Source: a bacterium (GTDB lineage Bacteria; Pseudomonadota; Gammaproteobacteria; Burkholderiales; SG8-41). Taken from it: a stretch of DNA of 36,848 bases. Position numbers and translations under genes: made by a program. Where the stretch lies: assembly GCA_027310225.1 (NCBI GenBank), contig DAIDBG010000117.1, positions 1-36,848 on the forward strand. The letters are read 5' to 3'. Shown here piece by piece: positions 35,688 to 36,848 of this stretch; the stretch's first letter is position 1; each line of letters opens with the position of its first letter. The notes beneath the pieces were generated by a model. It ran no database searches. It worked only from the letters and a program-made list of their open reading frames with translations, and had not been told where the DNA came from.

Positions 35688-36848
35688 ATGAAACGCATGT
35701 TGTTTAATGCGACGCAGGCGGAAGAACTGCGCGTCGCGATCGTTGACGGCCAGAAGCTCGTTGACCTCGACATCGAAACCCCCGGCAAGGAGCAGCGCAA
35801 GGGCAACATCTACAAGAGCGTCATCACCCGCATCGAGCCCAGCCTCGAGGCGGCGTTCGTGGATTACGGGGCCGAGCGCCACGGGTTCCTTCCCTTCAAG
35901 GAGGTTGCGCGGGCCTATTTCAAGCCCGGCGTTGACGTCGGGCGCGCCCGCATCCAGGACGCGCTGGAGGAAAGCCAGGAGCTGATCGTCCAGGTGGACA
36001 AGGACGAACGCGGCAACAAGGGCGCCGCTCTCACCACCTTCATCAGCCTCGCTGGGCGCTACCTGGTGTTGATGCCGAACAATCCGCGCGGTGGCGGGGT
36101 TTCGCGCCGCGTCGAGGGTGAGGACCGCAGCGAGCTGCGCGAAGTGATTGATCAGCTGCCGGTGCCGCAGGGCATGAGCGTTATCGGCCGCACCGCGGCC
36201 ATCAGCCGCGCCCCGGAGGAGCTCAACTGGGACCTGAACTATCTGCTGCAGCTGTGGCGCGCGATCGAAAGCGCCGCCAAGCAGCAGAGCGGCGCGTTCC
36301 TGATCTATCAGGAATCGAGCCTGGTGATCCGGGCGATACGCGATTATTACCACCAGGACATCGGCGAAGTCCTGATTGATACCGAGAGCATCTACGAGCA
36401 GGCGCGGCAGTTCATGAGCCACGTCATGCCGCAGAATGTCAACCGCATCAAGCTCTATCGGGACGACGTGCCGCTGTTCTCGCGCTTCCAGATCGAGCAC
36501 CAGATCGAGTCGGCCTATTCGCGTTCCATCAACCTGCCCTCGGGCGGCGCCGTCGTGTTCGATCATACCGAGGCGCTGGTGGCGATCGATGTCAATTCCG
36601 CGCGCGCGACCCGCGGCTCCGACATCGAAGAAACCGCGTTCCGCACCAATCTCGAGGCCGCCGAGGAGATCGGACGGCAACTGCGCCTGCGCGACCTGGG
36701 CGGGCTCATCGTGATTGACTTCATCGACATGGAGAGCGGACGCAATCAGCGCGAGGTGGAAAACCGGCTGCGCGACGCGCTGCGCTTCGACCGCGCGCGC
36801 GTGCAGATGGGCAAGATCTCGCGTTTCGGCATGATGGAACTGTCGCGC
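35688..36848 (+). CDS. rne: Ribonuclease E, 3'-truncated by window edge
   Basis: [68 protein letters not shown]. Confidence 0.97.
   Translation, partial: MKRMLFNATQAEELRVAIVDGQKLVDLDIETPGKEQRKGNIYKSVITRIEPSLEAAFVDYGAERHGFLPFKEVARAYFKPGVDVGRARIQDALEESQELIVQVDKDERGNKGAALTTFISLAGRYLVLMPNNPRGGGVSRRVEGEDRSELREVIDQLPVPQGMSVIGRTAAISRAPEELNWDLNYLLQLWRAIESAAKQQSGAFLIYQESSLVIRAIRDYYHQDIGEVLIDTESIYEQARQFMSHVMPQNVNRIKLYRDDVPLFSRFQIEHQIESAYSRSINLPSGGAVVFDHTEALVAIDVNSARATRGSDIEETAFRTNLEAAEEIGRQLRLRDLGGLIVIDFIDMESGRNQREVENRLRDALRFDRARVQMGKISRFGMMELSR

Noticed and set aside
1488-36745. Many long antisense or alternate-frame ORFs (e.g. 1488-2744, 3367-4968, 25899-27212, 32733-34421, 35490-36680)
   Set aside because: Shadows of well-identified genes in high-GC DNA; no recognisable motifs.

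Overview
GC-rich, mostly core-genome window from what looks like a Betaproteobacterium (inferred from gene order and protein style). It runs lepA(partial)-lepB-DUF4845-rnc-era-recO-pdxJ-acpS-nagZ, then efp (minus), uvrC-pgsA-tRNA-Gly-tRNA-Cys-tRNA-Leu, DUF1178, an FNR-boxed Usp gene, a TAXI binding protein divergent from an acyl-CoA ligase/hydratase/dehydrogenase/thiolase cluster, and yefM-yoeB. After that come a long minus-strand block (ankyrin, tatD, holB, tmk, mltG, pabC, fabF-acpP-fabG-fabD-fabH-plsX-rpmF-yceD), maf, an RsmI-like methyltransferase, an S49 peptidase, rluC and rne(partial). A 28-bp dif (XerC/D) site at 20658-20685 sits where gene orientation and KOPS-like octamers converge, so this is very probably the chromosome terminus. 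Beside dif lie a filamentous-phage-like gene remnant and the intact YefM-YoeB module. The most unusual intact gene is EF-P: it has a non-canonical, one-residue-longer tip loop (HVHVGGRGGAF, Arg35) and no adjacent earP. Short spacers hold several gene fossils the ORF track misses (UDG C-terminus, tautomerase N-terminus, GNAT toxin and HTH antitoxin C-termini, HAD N-terminus), a duplicated tRNA-Cys 5' half and a REP-like doublet. The S49 gene has an in-frame TGA at a conserved Trp. No large novel multi-gene system is evident. All family assignments come from motif recognition by eye, not database searches.
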